From an uncultured Candidatus Poseidoniales archaeon (GTDB lineage Archaea; Thermoplasmatota; Poseidoniia; Poseidoniales; Thalassarchaeaceae), in contig CAXGWC010000003.1 in the NCBI GenBank assembly GCA_964013425.1, positions 50 through 64,049 of the forward strand: a DNA stretch of 64,000 nt. The letters are read 5' to 3'. This document shows, in pieces, positions 1-9,551 of this stretch. Under the pieces are notes generated by a model. That model was given only the letters and a program-made list of their open reading frames with translations. It searched no databases and was not told the DNA's origin. Within the stretch, counting starts at the first letter, position 1; every line of letters starts with the position of its first letter. Made by a program: the position numbers and the translations under genes.

Positions 1-1284
1 TGAGTCGTAACCGTCGAAGTCTGGATCGTCATCGGCATTGCTACCGTCATTTGGATGTATACCACTAAGATACTCCCAGCCATCGGGCATTCCGTCATTA
101 TCAGTATCCAATTCTTCTGGATCAGTGAAATTTGATGGACCCCAGGTATAGGCGACCTCGTACTCTTCCACATTGTTCAATCCGTCTTCGTCTGGATCAC
201 CGAATGCATCAGTCGCATTGGACGGATCCAGAAGGTCACTGTAGCAGTACTCAAATCCATCTGGCATTCCATCGCCATCAGTATCCCAATCACTAGGTCC
301 ATTCAACCTTCCATCGCCATCCATATCTTGCTCGAACCAGGTTAGATCACCAGGCTCAGACATGAACTCACTGAATGGTGATTGAAGACTGATAGTTCCA
401 AAAACTGGAACTCCGCAGTGAGTGCCTAATTCAATAAAACCGAATGCAATCTCATGTCTATCTGCAATTAGATCGCCGTCACTGTCCTCTTGGAGCGGAT
501 TAGTGTCATACCTCTCTTCAACGAAATTTCTCAGACCGTCGGGGGTTGGTTGCTCCAAATCCAACGCGGCATCGCAGGAAATCTCTCCGTCGGCATTAGC
601 TACGAGAGCAAAGTCTTCTTTACTTAGCTCGTTCATTATCTGCTGTCTAGCATCTGGCCCTTGGCTGTTCACGGATCCATCTGGAGTTAGGAAATAACAG
701 TCTCTATTGGCATTTAGAGGATCCAGTAACCGTAGGACGCCATTGGGCGTGATGATCTCGTGTACATGCATGGATTCCCACTTGTCATTCAAACCATCGT
801 CATCTGAGTCACTGTCCATAGGCTTGGTCCCTAGCGCAGCTTCTTCGGTATTCGTCAAGCCGTCCCTATCTGGATCACCATAGGGGCCATTATCGGGATT
901 GGGGAACGTTTCATTTTGTTCGCCTGTTTCATCTTCATTGTCAGTATCTGAGAATGGAATCTCAGAATCAGCGGGCTCCCCGTTGTCGAGTGGGTCCAAT
1001 CCATTCCTGATTTCCCAGCCATCATCTAAGCCATCGTTATCGGTATCAAACTCTCTCCAATCAGTACCATAAAGAGTCATTTCCATCCTATCTGGGATGC
1101 CATCGCCATCAGTGTCTGTCCCACCTTGTCCAGTGGATTCAATGTCTACAACATCTGACCCAGCTGGCTCAAAACCCCCTGACTCTGTTGTCGACAGCCC
1201 AGCCCCGATAATAGTGTAAATTCCGGCCAGACAGAGGGTTGCAACGATTGCAGTTACTGCATATTGGTTGTGATTCATGGCCAT
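1..1284 (-). CDS. Secreted thrombospondin type-3 (TSP3) Ca-binding repeat protein; N-terminal 428 aa only, C-terminus lies beyond the window start
   Basis: The minus-strand frame is open from ATG at 1284 (MAMNHNQYAVTAIVATLCLAGIYTIIGAG, a hydrophobic signal/anchor) to position 1. It is missing from the ORF track because it is open-ended. Frame was spot-checked by hand at 1-60 and 661-720. Repeated DxDxDGxxDxxE units are present: DTDGDGIPDRME, DTDNDGLDDGWE, DPDRDGLTNTEE, DSDDDGLNDKWE, DTDGDGMPDGFE, DPDEDGLNNVEEY, DTDNDGMPDGWEY. Confidence 0.8.
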   Translation of the reverse strand, partial: MAMNHNQYAVTAIVATLCLAGIYTIIGAGLSTTESGGFEPAGSDVVDIESTGQGGTDTDGDGIPDRMEMTLYGTDWREFDTDNDGLDDGWEIRNGLDPLDNGEPADSEIPFSDTDNEDETGEQNETFPNPDNGPYGDPDRDGLTNTEEAALGTKPMDSDSDDDGLNDKWESMHVHEIITPNGVLRLLDPLNANRDCYFLTPDGSVNSQGPDARQQIMNELSKEDFALVANADGEISCDAALDLEQPTPDGLRNFVEERYDTNPLQEDSDGDLIADRHEIAFGFIELGTHCGVPVFGTISLQSPFSEFMSEPGDLTWFEQDMDGDGRLNGPSDWDTDGDGMPDGFEYCYSDLLDPSNATDAFGDPDEDGLNNVEEYEVAYTWGPSNFTDPEELDTDNDGMPDGWEYLSGIHPNDGSNADDDPDFDGYDS

Positions 1285-1294
1285 TAATACACCC

Positions 1295-1312
1295 CGGCCC
1301 CCTAGGGGGCCG
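1295..1312. promoter_or_regulatory. Perfect 18-bp GC-rich palindrome CGGCCCCCTAGGGGGCCG; hairpin or operator candidate
   Basis: Read directly from the sequence. It lies 11 nt upstream of the ATG at 1284 and 45 nt downstream of the stop of the 1357-2331 gene on the same strand. A TTATAT element (minus strand, about 1334-1339) sits roughly 25 nt upstream of it. Confidence 0.4.
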
Positions 1313-1356
1313 ACCCTTTGACATTAGGGACGGATATAACATTTGACGGCCCAGGA

Positions 1357-2331
1357 TTATCTAGAAATGACAATGGAAGTTCTCTTTGGAGCTATATTCA
1401 CCGTTACGACTCCCTCTTCTGAGCCAATCTTAATTCGGCCCTTTACACCTGTCGATCTTTCCCAACAACCAAGCAATATGCCTCCTGAAATAGCAGGGTG
1501 GAAGCACCCAACAATCTCTGAATTCAACTCTCCATTTTCCGAGTTTAGTTTTGGTTCGGATAGTCTTCCTAATCCTTGAAGGGAGAGGTTTCTGATGGAT
1601 GAGTTTGTCCAGTCCTTTGCCTCTGAAATCATAACGTGCCTCTCACTATCCGAAAATAGTTGCCTGCATGAATCTGCAACGACCGTCCACCACATAGCTC
1701 TTTTTCCAACTACATCTTCCCAGAGGTAGTCCTCCTCGCGAGAATCTCTTATTGAGGCTATTTGAGCGAGTGTGAATTCTTCAAATCTCAAAATTAGGTC
1801 TCTGTGAATCATAATCTTTCTTTCGCCATCAATCTCCCATCCTCCCGATTCTAATTCCCTGATATCTTCCCACTGAAAGATACTAGAATTTTCTGTAAAT
1901 TCATCAGAGGCATTCCAATTCTTTTTCATTTCCTTGGGAGATGGTATATCCACTTCATCCTCAGTCAGTTCGACCATCAATACATCCTTTGATTCGGACC
2001 ATCTGAACTTATGTCTTTTTCCCGTAGCCACCTCCCAGGTACTAGCAATAATCCCTGCGTCTAAAGGGCCCGAACAAAATCTATTCACTAAAATAATGGT
2101 CTTTTCGGGAGAATCCTCTATAATTTCTATTTCACCTAAGCCCCTGCATAATCTTCCCTCTGAGAAATATTTCCATTTTCGTGGGTTCTTTCCTCGAGGA
2201 GAATCTTCCTGTAGAGACATAAGGAACTCCTCTGACTCAGAAGAAGCATGTGCTATTTTTCTACCAAGGCTGAGGCTTGTCTTCATCTCAAGATTTGAGA
2301 ATAGCGTGTTGATCCATCTCGGACTCACCAT
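1357..2331 (-). CDS. Hypothetical protein (324 aa), no recognisable motif
   Basis: Long ORF with an ATG start and protein-like composition. The opposite-strand ORFs here (1343-1579, 1934-2344) are S/P/L-rich shadow frames. Confidence 0.5.
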   Translation of the reverse strand: MVSPRWINTLFSNLEMKTSLSLGRKIAHASSESEEFLMSLQEDSPRGKNPRKWKYFSEGRLCRGLGEIEIIEDSPEKTIILVNRFCSGPLDAGIIASTWEVATGKRHKFRWSESKDVLMVELTEDEVDIPSPKEMKKNWNASDEFTENSSIFQWEDIRELESGGWEIDGERKIMIHRDLILRFEEFTLAQIASIRDSREEDYLWEDVVGKRAMWWTVVADSCRQLFSDSERHVMISEAKDWTNSSIRNLSLQGLGRLSEPKLNSENGELNSEIVGCFHPAISGGILLGCWERSTGVKGRIKIGSEEGVVTVNIAPKRTSIVISR

Positions 2332-2455
2332 CCATATTTTTTGACCGTTCCTATGTATATCGGATATTGAACCGTCCGGTTCTGATTTCCATCTTTCTTC
2401 TAAAATTTCAGGGAGTGATTTTTGTTTTCTGAAACGATCTAGTAATCCCAGATGA

Positions 2456-3658
2456 TCAACCCCCTAGGAAATCAGAGATCCTGTTGAATGCCTCGTCTAA
2501 GATTTCAATCGGGGGCAGGCATACCATTCTGAAGTGGCCATGACCGTACTCGGGAGAAAATCCTGATCCATGCACGACTAATACGTGTTTTTCTTCGAGT
2601 AGGCGTAGCACGAATTTTTTATCATCAGATGATAGCTTGTCGTCAGAAATTCTGACGAATAGGTAGAATGCCCCCCCTGGGGCCTCGCATTCAAGACCTT
2701 CTATTTGTGAAATCCTGTTGATGCAATAATCTAGTCTCTCCTTTATCCTACTGCGGTGACCTTTGATCCAATCTGTATCATCTGTCAGACCTGCAAGATA
2801 ACCAAACTGAGCTGGAGTGGAGGCACAGAGTCTACTCCTTAGTAGCCTCTCAACTCCATCGCGGACCAAACCTAGCTTGCCAGACGGGTCGTGCCATGCC
2901 ATATACCCTATCCTCCAGCCCGGAGCGAAGTAAACTTTTGAAACTCCATTCAAGGCCAAAACTGGAACTTTTTTGGACCGTGCCGCTACTGATACGAATT
3001 TATTTGTAAAATCCAAGCCATCATAGATCTCATCTGCTATTATGGTACATTTTGGCCACTGCTCGGCAATATGAATTAGGCTGTCTATCTCCTCAACGGA
3101 TGCGACGTTTCCGGTCGGATTGTTCGGATTGATTAGTACAAGTAGGCGGACGCTTTCATCCATTTTTGATTTGATATCGTCTAGATCGATGCGCCATCCA
3201 TCGCTTGGATCAAGGCGGTATTCTACGGTTGTGGCGCCATACATCTGTGGATAAGCCATGTAAGGGGGGTAATGTGGGCCTGGAGCCAATACTTTGTCTC
3301 CGGGCTCTAAGAACGATGCGAAGATAATCTGTAAAGCCTCAGTAACTCCATGTGTTACATAGACATCGTCCATTTCGCAAGCCCAGCCTTTTTTGTTCTC
3401 TGATACTGCAATAGCCTCACGTAATTCTGGGATCCCGTATGAAGGACCATATCCGTTTTTTTGATCGTCCAGAGCATCCTTGTACGCACTGATCATGTGC
3501 TTGGGAGTCGGAAGGCCATCAAACGCCAATGGGTCTCCTACATTCATTCGTATGATTTCATGACCTTGTTTCTCGAGTTCTACGGCTGGGACCACTACGT
3601 CCCGAATGGCATACTCTATTGCGGCGGCGCGAGCTGAAACATCGATTATCTCAACCAT
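2456..3658 (-). CDS. Class I/II PLP aminotransferase, alanine aminotransferase-like
   Basis: 400 aa. Motifs: NVGDP...YGPSYG, INPNNPTG, and SKVYFAPGWRIGY (PLP-lysine region). The N-terminus IRDVVVPAVELEKQG resembles archaeal AlaAT. It starts 4 nt after the alaS stop on the same strand. Confidence 0.8.
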   Translation of the reverse strand: MVEIIDVSARAAAIEYAIRDVVVPAVELEKQGHEIIRMNVGDPLAFDGLPTPKHMISAYKDALDDQKNGYGPSYGIPELREAIAVSENKKGWACEMDDVYVTHGVTEALQIIFASFLEPGDKVLAPGPHYPPYMAYPQMYGATTVEYRLDPSDGWRIDLDDIKSKMDESVRLLVLINPNNPTGNVASVEEIDSLIHIAEQWPKCTIIADEIYDGLDFTNKFVSVAARSKKVPVLALNGVSKVYFAPGWRIGYMAWHDPSGKLGLVRDGVERLLRSRLCASTPAQFGYLAGLTDDTDWIKGHRSRIKERLDYCINRISQIEGLECEAPGGAFYLFVRISDDKLSSDDKKFVLRLLEEKHVLVVHGSGFSPEYGHGHFRMVCLPPIEILDEAFNRISDFLGG

Positions 3659-3662
3659 GGTC

Positions 3663-6545
3663 TCACAGCCCTAGGAGTGTATTTGCAGCTTTAAGTGCAT
3701 TTGGGATGCCATCTCCGTTTGTCCCTCCCCCTTGAGCCATGGTCGGTCTGCCTCCACCACTGCCTCCAATATGTCCTGAGATGGCATTTAGAATCTCAAC
3801 GGCATTGTGTCTTTCTGAGGCGATAGAGTCTTCAGAACATGCTACAATTAACTTTCCGCCTCCTATTCTGGATCCGAGAATGGCCAGAGTCGGAGTTTCT
3901 GTGTCTCGAGTTAGCTGAGATAGCATAGTCATCATCTGCTTCATTTCACCGTCCACTTCCATGATGACATATCTGACTCCATCTACCGTCACCGAGTCAT
4001 CACCACTCCCAGTTGTCCTCAGTCTGACGATTTCAGCTTCAAGCGATTCGATCCTCTTCTGTTGGGATTTCCATTCCTCGAAAAACCTAGAAACTGCCTT
4101 AGGTAAGTCGTCTGAATGAACCCCGAGTACCTCTGATGCTTCACTCAATATGCGCTCTTGCCGCCTCGAGTGGTCCCTCGACGTCTCCCCTGCCACAATT
4201 TGCAGACGCTCTACCCCGTCTTGTACCTGACTGGCCTTTAGTATCCTAAGCTCCCCGATATTGGATGCTTGGTCGTGATGCGTCCCTCCGCAGGCCTGTG
4301 TGTCAAAGTCTCCAATACTGATAACTCTGATTCTATTGTTTTTCGGAGGTCCACCTTGATAGATTTCGAATCCATACTTCCTATCGGCTTCTGATCTCTG
4401 TAAGACCTCTTTCCTAATTTTTGGATTTGATTCAACAATATTGTTTGCCATATCTTCAATGGCCTCTATTTCTTGTCTGGTCAATCTTGAATGATGAGTG
4501 ATATCCAATCTGGCATATCTTGCACCCTTGTTGGATCCAGCTTGCCATATATGGGGACCTAGAATATTCCGAGCCGCGCCTCCGACTATGTGTACCGCGG
4601 TATGGTGATCCATCAATTGTTTTCTTCTATCCCAATCTAGAATTCCCTTTACCTTGCCTGGGGCGAGTGGGTTTTCCGTGAAGTGGAATATTACTCCATC
4701 TTGAGATTTAGTATCTAGGACCTCGTACTCATTGCCATCCTGTAAGAGTCGTCCTTGGTCACCTAATTGACCACCTCCTTCTGGATAGAATAATGTCCTA
4801 TCAGTCACCACAGCATATGAGGGAATAGATTCGACCTCTCCAGAGAATGTTAATCCTGAAATCATATCTTTTGTCAGGGGGATGCAATGTAGTACCTCAG
4901 CTTGAAATTCCAGAGCACTGGTATCCTCATAGAAATCTGGCTGAGTAGCTTCTATGTCACTTATTTCGAAGACTGCTTTCCTATCTTTTGTCTTTGAGGC
5001 GACCTTTGTTATTAGAGCGTTCCTTGCAGCCATATCGGCAGTGAATCCAACCCTGATCTCTAGATTTGGCCATCCAAGTTCCTTAGCTATTGATACCACC
5101 ATGTCAGGATTTAACCCCCTTTCTTCTGACAATCTGAATAGAATTTCATCATCAATATGTCTCGAATCGAGTGGAGTCTCCTTCAGTGCGGTCTTGACTG
5201 CGGCCCTCCCTTTCCTGAGCATCTCATTATATCTGGCTTCCTCCAGTTCCAGAATTTTCAGAATTCCGTCCTCGGATTGCACAAACCCGTCAATTTCTAG
5301 ATGAGTATGGATATGATGTTTGCCTAGCTCTGATAGACTGGTCGGTATCGACAGGGATTCTTTCATCCTGCAAACTCTTCTTACTAGCATTCTCACAAGG
5401 TATCCGGCCTTGTTGTTACTTGGCACAAGTCCGTCCCCAAGCATGTTGCATATCGCATGCATGTGATCTGGAATCGCATATATCGAGGATAGTGGTTCGG
5501 TTACTTTCTTTAGTTCGTCAATTGAGATTGATATCCCATTGTCTGAGAGTCTTTCAGACAGATTTCTGTAAAGTTCCTCTACATCAGTTCCGACATCTAT
5601 GTTTAGGATACCGGCTAATCTAGAGAGTTCGCTCAGTAATAATCCCATTTCTACTCTGAGATCTAATGAGTCAAGGAAAGAGTCGAAACCAGATAATTTT
5701 TTCAGCCAGTCGATAGATTCTGGATATATCGCCTCGTAGATTGTAGGAGTTCCCGCGGCAGCCCAGCAAAATCTCTCAAGGCCATATCCTGTGTCGATTA
5801 TTTGGAGTTTCATCTCACTGTACTTCTGCCCCTTGATTGTTATTTCCCCTTCTTCGTCCTCTTCCAGATTCATAAAGACCAAAGTGGCCAGCTCTAATCC
5901 TCCCACGATAACTTCCAATGCTGGTCCAGCATTTCCCCCCCCTGACCATGGATTTTCGACATAAGTAATGCTAGTTGACTCGATACCCAGTTCTTCAACT
6001 AGCAATTCATCACAGTATCTTACACATTGGTCTATCCAGTATACAACGTTCCCATCCATCGGCCTGTTGAAGGCGTGATGTGCCATCATTTCAAATGTGG
6101 AAAGATGCCTACCAGAGCGCCCTACTGCGGCTACGTCTGTTAGCCTGATACACGGCTGACTGATCCCTAGAGGGTTTGCTGGAGGAGGGACCATGCCACT
6201 AGTCACATGAGGCTGAAAATCAGCTATGCTGGCTATTGTGAGATGGATATCGTCTCTCCATCTGGCAATAACCGGATATGGGTCAATTCTGGTATGCCCC
6301 TTAGAGTCAAAGAAGCCCAGGAACGTCTCTCTCATCTCGTCTTTGAGCTGCTTTCCCCTAGATTCGAACCCTTCAATAATTGGATTTCCGATAAATGTGT
6401 ATGGATCTTCATTGGTATCTCCGCATGTTTCCCTATTGATATCCCTGGTCCAGAATCTTAAACCTGTTACCTTACATATTTTTAGTACGTGTCCGGATTC
6501 TTTCCAGTACGGAATACTGATGTCGCCGAACCCCATTGTCACCAT
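3663..6545 (-). CDS. alaS: Alanyl-tRNA synthetase, archaeal type
   Basis: 960 aa. The N-terminal catalytic region has FFDSKGHTRIDPYPVIARWRDDIHLTIASIADFQP. The editing domain has HxxxH (HHTAVHIVGG) and CxxxH (QACGGTHH). The C-terminus is Gly-rich and DHHA1-like (GGSGGGRPTMAQGGG). Confidence 0.9.
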   Translation of the reverse strand: MVTMGFGDISIPYWKESGHVLKICKVTGLRFWTRDINRETCGDTNEDPYTFIGNPIIEGFESRGKQLKDEMRETFLGFFDSKGHTRIDPYPVIARWRDDIHLTIASIADFQPHVTSGMVPPPANPLGISQPCIRLTDVAAVGRSGRHLSTFEMMAHHAFNRPMDGNVVYWIDQCVRYCDELLVEELGIESTSITYVENPWSGGGNAGPALEVIVGGLELATLVFMNLEEDEEGEITIKGQKYSEMKLQIIDTGYGLERFCWAAAGTPTIYEAIYPESIDWLKKLSGFDSFLDSLDLRVEMGLLLSELSRLAGILNIDVGTDVEELYRNLSERLSDNGISISIDELKKVTEPLSSIYAIPDHMHAICNMLGDGLVPSNNKAGYLVRMLVRRVCRMKESLSIPTSLSELGKHHIHTHLEIDGFVQSEDGILKILELEEARYNEMLRKGRAAVKTALKETPLDSRHIDDEILFRLSEERGLNPDMVVSIAKELGWPNLEIRVGFTADMAARNALITKVASKTKDRKAVFEISDIEATQPDFYEDTSALEFQAEVLHCIPLTKDMISGLTFSGEVESIPSYAVVTDRTLFYPEGGGQLGDQGRLLQDGNEYEVLDTKSQDGVIFHFTENPLAPGKVKGILDWDRRKQLMDHHTAVHIVGGAARNILGPHIWQAGSNKGARYARLDITHHSRLTRQEIEAIEDMANNIVESNPKIRKEVLQRSEADRKYGFEIYQGGPPKNNRIRVISIGDFDTQACGGTHHDQASNIGELRILKASQVQDGVERLQIVAGETSRDHSRRQERILSEASEVLGVHSDDLPKAVSRFFEEWKSQQKRIESLEAEIVRLRTTGSGDDSVTVDGVRYVIMEVDGEMKQMMTMLSQLTRDTETPTLAILGSRIGGGKLIVACSEDSIASERHNAVEILNAISGHIGGSGGGRPTMAQGGGTNGDGIPNALKAANTLLGL

Positions 6546-6585
6546 CCTCGCTCACGCATTGAAGGGTTTGACTTGAATTCGATTG

Positions 6586-6593
6586 TTTATATT
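6586..6593 (+). promoter_or_regulatory. TATA-box candidate (TTTATATT) for rtcB
   Basis: Its centre is about 29 nt upstream of the rtcB ATG (6619), which is the spacing expected for a leaderless or short-leader archaeal mRNA. It lies in the 73-nt divergent alaS/rtcB intergenic region. Confidence 0.4.
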
Positions 6594-6618
6594 GTGACGG
6601 CTATTTGAAAGGTTAGGC

Positions 6619-8103
6619 ATGCCACCCAAGCCCATGGGGGCACCATGGAAGAGGCATATGAAGCCAGATGGGCCTGGGAGAATTAGGATCTCAAAACACG
6701 GTAGGATGCTTACAGATGCGATACTGGTTTCGGATGAGAATCACATGTCTGGACATACTGATGATAGGTCCCCCACCCAGCTAGTGAATACTGCCAGCCT
6801 ACCAGGTATCGTTGGAGAAGCATGGGCCATGGCAGATTGGCATTTTGGATATGGATTCCCAATAGGGGGGGTGGTTGCCACCGATGTTAATTGGGGGGAG
6901 CAAGGAGGTTCAATTTCTCCCGGTGGTGTTGGCTTTGACATAAATTGCGGAGTGAGATTATGCTCTACTGATCTTCATATCTCAGAAATTGATCCTAAAC
7001 ACCTGGCTGAGGAGCTTTCAATGAAAATACCAGCAGGAGCAAGTAGGAAGGGTGGCGTTTCTCTACGGGATAAAGAATTAGATGATATCCTAGCTGGCGG
7101 AGCTTCTGCGGCGGTTGACTTGGGCCTAGCTGAGGCTAGAGACTTATCATGTATTGAATCAAACGGCTTGCTTGACAGCGAGAATAGGAATGTTGGAAAA
7201 AAGGCGATGAAAAGGGGTTTGAGCTCTCTCGGAACGTTGGGCTCCGGGAATCATTTCTTGGAGTTACAGGTGGTTGACAGGATTGTTGATGAAGAAGCGG
7301 CGAGGGCTTTTGGCTTGAGGATAGGCCAGGTAACAGCCATGATTCATTCTGGATCAAGAGGTCTTGGCCATCAAGTCTGTTCTGAGCATGTAGCGAATAT
7401 TGAATCTAATTACTCCAAGAGAGGAGATACTTGGTTTTCTGAAAAATGGGGCTTTTCTGTCCCTGATAGGCAACTAGCTTCCGCACCAATTCACAGTTCT
7501 GAAGGCGAGAGCTATTTCGATGCGATGAATGCTGCTGGAAATTTCGCATTTGCAAATAGGTCGGCACTAACTCAGAGGCTCCGTGATGTCCTGAGAAATG
7601 AGTATTCGGTGGATGGAGAATTGGACGTGGTTTATGATGTCAGTCATAATATTGCAAAGATAGAGGAGCACCATGTCGGAGGATGTAGGTGTAATTGTTG
7701 CGTCCATAGGAAGGGGGCCACTAGGGCGTTGGGAGGCAATCATCCTGAATTATCTTCCAGCTTCCCATTGGGCCAGCCTGTTCTAGTACCAGGAGATATG
7801 GGCACGGCATCGTGGGTCATGGCAGGTCCTGTAAACGGGGCCAATGATGCTTTTTCCTCTTCGTGTCATGGGGCCGGCAGGAGGCTTTCCAGAACTGCGG
7901 CCAAGGCATCTGTAGATTCTGAATTGCTGATTTCGGAGCTGGAAGAAAGGGGAATTCACATTAGGGCAAAAACCCCAAATGTTCTTTCAGAGGAGGCCCC
8001 TGAAGCGTACAAAGATGTTGATGAGGTGATTAGCCTGACCAATCGTGCAGGTCTAGCACGTCCAGTTGCTAGGATGAGGCCGGTATCTGTCATCAAGGGA
8101 TGA
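6619..8103 (+). CDS. rtcB: RNA-splicing ligase RtcB (3'-phosphate/5'-hydroxyl RNA ligase)
   Basis: 494 aa with RtcB metal and GTP motifs: GFDINCGVR, GSGNHFLE, HSGSRGLGH, PGDMG, SSCHGAGR. No intein-sized insertion. Confidence 0.9.
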   Translation: MPPKPMGAPWKRHMKPDGPGRIRISKHGRMLTDAILVSDENHMSGHTDDRSPTQLVNTASLPGIVGEAWAMADWHFGYGFPIGGVVATDVNWGEQGGSISPGGVGFDINCGVRLCSTDLHISEIDPKHLAEELSMKIPAGASRKGGVSLRDKELDDILAGGASAAVDLGLAEARDLSCIESNGLLDSENRNVGKKAMKRGLSSLGTLGSGNHFLELQVVDRIVDEEAARAFGLRIGQVTAMIHSGSRGLGHQVCSEHVANIESNYSKRGDTWFSEKWGFSVPDRQLASAPIHSSEGESYFDAMNAAGNFAFANRSALTQRLRDVLRNEYSVDGELDVVYDVSHNIAKIEEHHVGGCRCNCCVHRKGATRALGGNHPELSSSFPLGQPVLVPGDMGTASWVMAGPVNGANDAFSSSCHGAGRRLSRTAAKASVDSELLISELEERGIHIRAKTPNVLSEEAPEAYKDVDEVISLTNRAGLARPVARMRPVSVIKG

Positions 8104-8592
8104 TTATCTTGAACGGTACTCGATATCGATAATATCACCATCTTCCATCAGGTACTCCTCGTATAGTGAATTTACTTCACCATTGATCTTCAGAACCACC
8201 TCGTTTTCGTCGTCTGCATAATGGCCCAATATCTCTTGCTCGCTGAAAGACTCTCCCCAAATCTCGAAGAACGCACCCAATGGGGCAGTCATCGGACTCG
8301 GCGTTTCGATGTGTAACCTTCCTGAATCGTCATGTGTATGTATTCCCTTCATCCCATCACACCCTGGCTCTCCAATTCCAATATTTGGGCCGATTTCGAC
8401 TTGAGTTCCGTTGATAATGATGTTTAGTTGTACGTGCTCGTGAGTGGCTAATGAGTTATGATCATCCAGACAGACACTAGATATCCGCCAATTATTCTCA
8501 TCTTGGACAGTTTCTGTTGATGTGATAGTCAAAAACAGGAAGATGACAGTGCAAAGTCCAGCTACAGAAATTATTACATTCTCTGCTTTCAT
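8104..8592 (-). CDS. Small membrane-anchored extracytoplasmic protein with a His/Cys-rich motif (hypothetical)
   Basis: ATG at 8592 gives MKAENVIISVAGLCTVIFLFL (TM anchor), followed by HEHVQL...GEPGCDGMKGIHTHDDSGRLHIE. The track ORF begins at TTG 8637, and ATG 8625 is also possible. Confidence 0.5.
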   Translation of the reverse strand: MKAENVIISVAGLCTVIFLFLTITSTETVQDENNWRISSVCLDDHNSLATHEHVQLNIIINGTQVEIGPNIGIGEPGCDGMKGIHTHDDSGRLHIETPSPMTAPLGAFFEIWGESFSEQEILGHYADDENEVVLKINGEVNSLYEEYLMEDGDIIDIEYRSR

Positions 8593-8642
8593 GGAGATGG
8601 GAGAAGGCCAGTAGTCTTGAACCATTAGGCACTCCAAGTGTC

Positions 8643-9269
8643 ATGCCACTACAGGGAGACAGGCCGGAATATTGGGATTTGGCTAAAAAAGAGCTGTCTA
8701 GAAAGGACGATGTGCTCCAAGGGATAATCAATGAATTCGATGATCTAGAATTGGTATCTAGAGGGGATTTATTTTACACATTAATTAGATCGGTGATCGG
8801 CCAACAAATTTCTGTCAAGGCGGCTTCCACAGTTTGGTCTAGATTCTGCGAGAGAATTGGAGATATCGAACCCAAGAATATTCTATCAGCAGATATTGAA
8901 GAATTGAGAAGCTGTGGCCTGTCCAAGAGAAAGGCCGAGTATGTAATAGGAATATCTGAATCTTGGCCAGATTATCATTCTTTGAAGTGGAAAGAGATGA
9001 GTGATGAAGAAATAATACAGGAATTGATCAAATTAAGGGGAGTAGGAAAATGGACTGCAGAGATGATTCTGATTTTCACCATGCTTCGTCCTGATGTCTT
9101 TCCAATCGGAGACATAGGAATGATTAGGGGGATTGAAAAATCATACAACTCTGGAGAAAGGATGTCCAGAGAGGAGTTATATGCTATTTCAGAGAAGTGG
9201 AAGCCATGGCGTACTGTGGCCTGCTGTTTCATGTGGAGAACAGTGGATCCGGAGCCTGTGGAATATTGA
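8643..9269 (+). CDS. HhH-GPD base-excision DNA glycosylase (AlkA / 3-methyladenine glycosylase II-like)
   Basis: 208 aa. Helix-hairpin-helix LRGVGKWTAEMILIF is followed by PDVFPIGDIGM (catalytic Asp region). Confidence 0.7.
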   Translation: MPLQGDRPEYWDLAKKELSRKDDVLQGIINEFDDLELVSRGDLFYTLIRSVIGQQISVKAASTVWSRFCERIGDIEPKNILSADIEELRSCGLSKRKAEYVIGISESWPDYHSLKWKEMSDEEIIQELIKLRGVGKWTAEMILIFTMLRPDVFPIGDIGMIRGIEKSYNSGERMSREELYAISEKWKPWRTVACCFMWRTVDPEPVEY

Positions 9270-9479
9270 TCACATACAGTATCCGCGCTTTGGCTGATCG
9301 GGAATTGAGGGTGCGGAGCCAGTTTGAACTCCATCGGCCTCTTCCATTATGATGGTCAACAGTGTCTTGACTAACTGTCTAAGATCATCAACTTCTTCCC
9401 TAAGCTCTTCCAAAGATAAACTATCGTCCATTGCTACCACGCATCCCACCTGAGGGAATTCCCTCGAGGTGAAAACCAT
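9270..9479 (-). CDS. Small hypothetical protein (69 aa), possible coiled-coil
   Basis: ATG-initiated ORF with an amphipathic stretch, SLEELREEVDDLRQLVKTLLTIIME. No known motif, and its short length makes the call weak. Confidence 0.3.
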   Translation of the reverse strand: MVFTSREFPQVGCVVAMDDSLSLEELREEVDDLRQLVKTLLTIIMEEADGVQTGSAPSIPDQPKRGYCM

Positions 9480-9536
9480 GATTTGGCCTATAAATACAAG
9501 AGGTTGTGAAAGGGTTATGACGCCGTTTTCCGCATG

Positions 9537-9548
9537 ACAAACAAAAAG
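9537..9548 (-). terminator. Oligo-T terminator candidate after the 2,294-aa gene
   Basis: The minus strand reads CTTTTTGTTTGT starting 4 nt after the TAG stop (9552-9554). Archaeal termination typically uses T-runs. Confidence 0.4.
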
Positions 9549-9551
9549 TCG

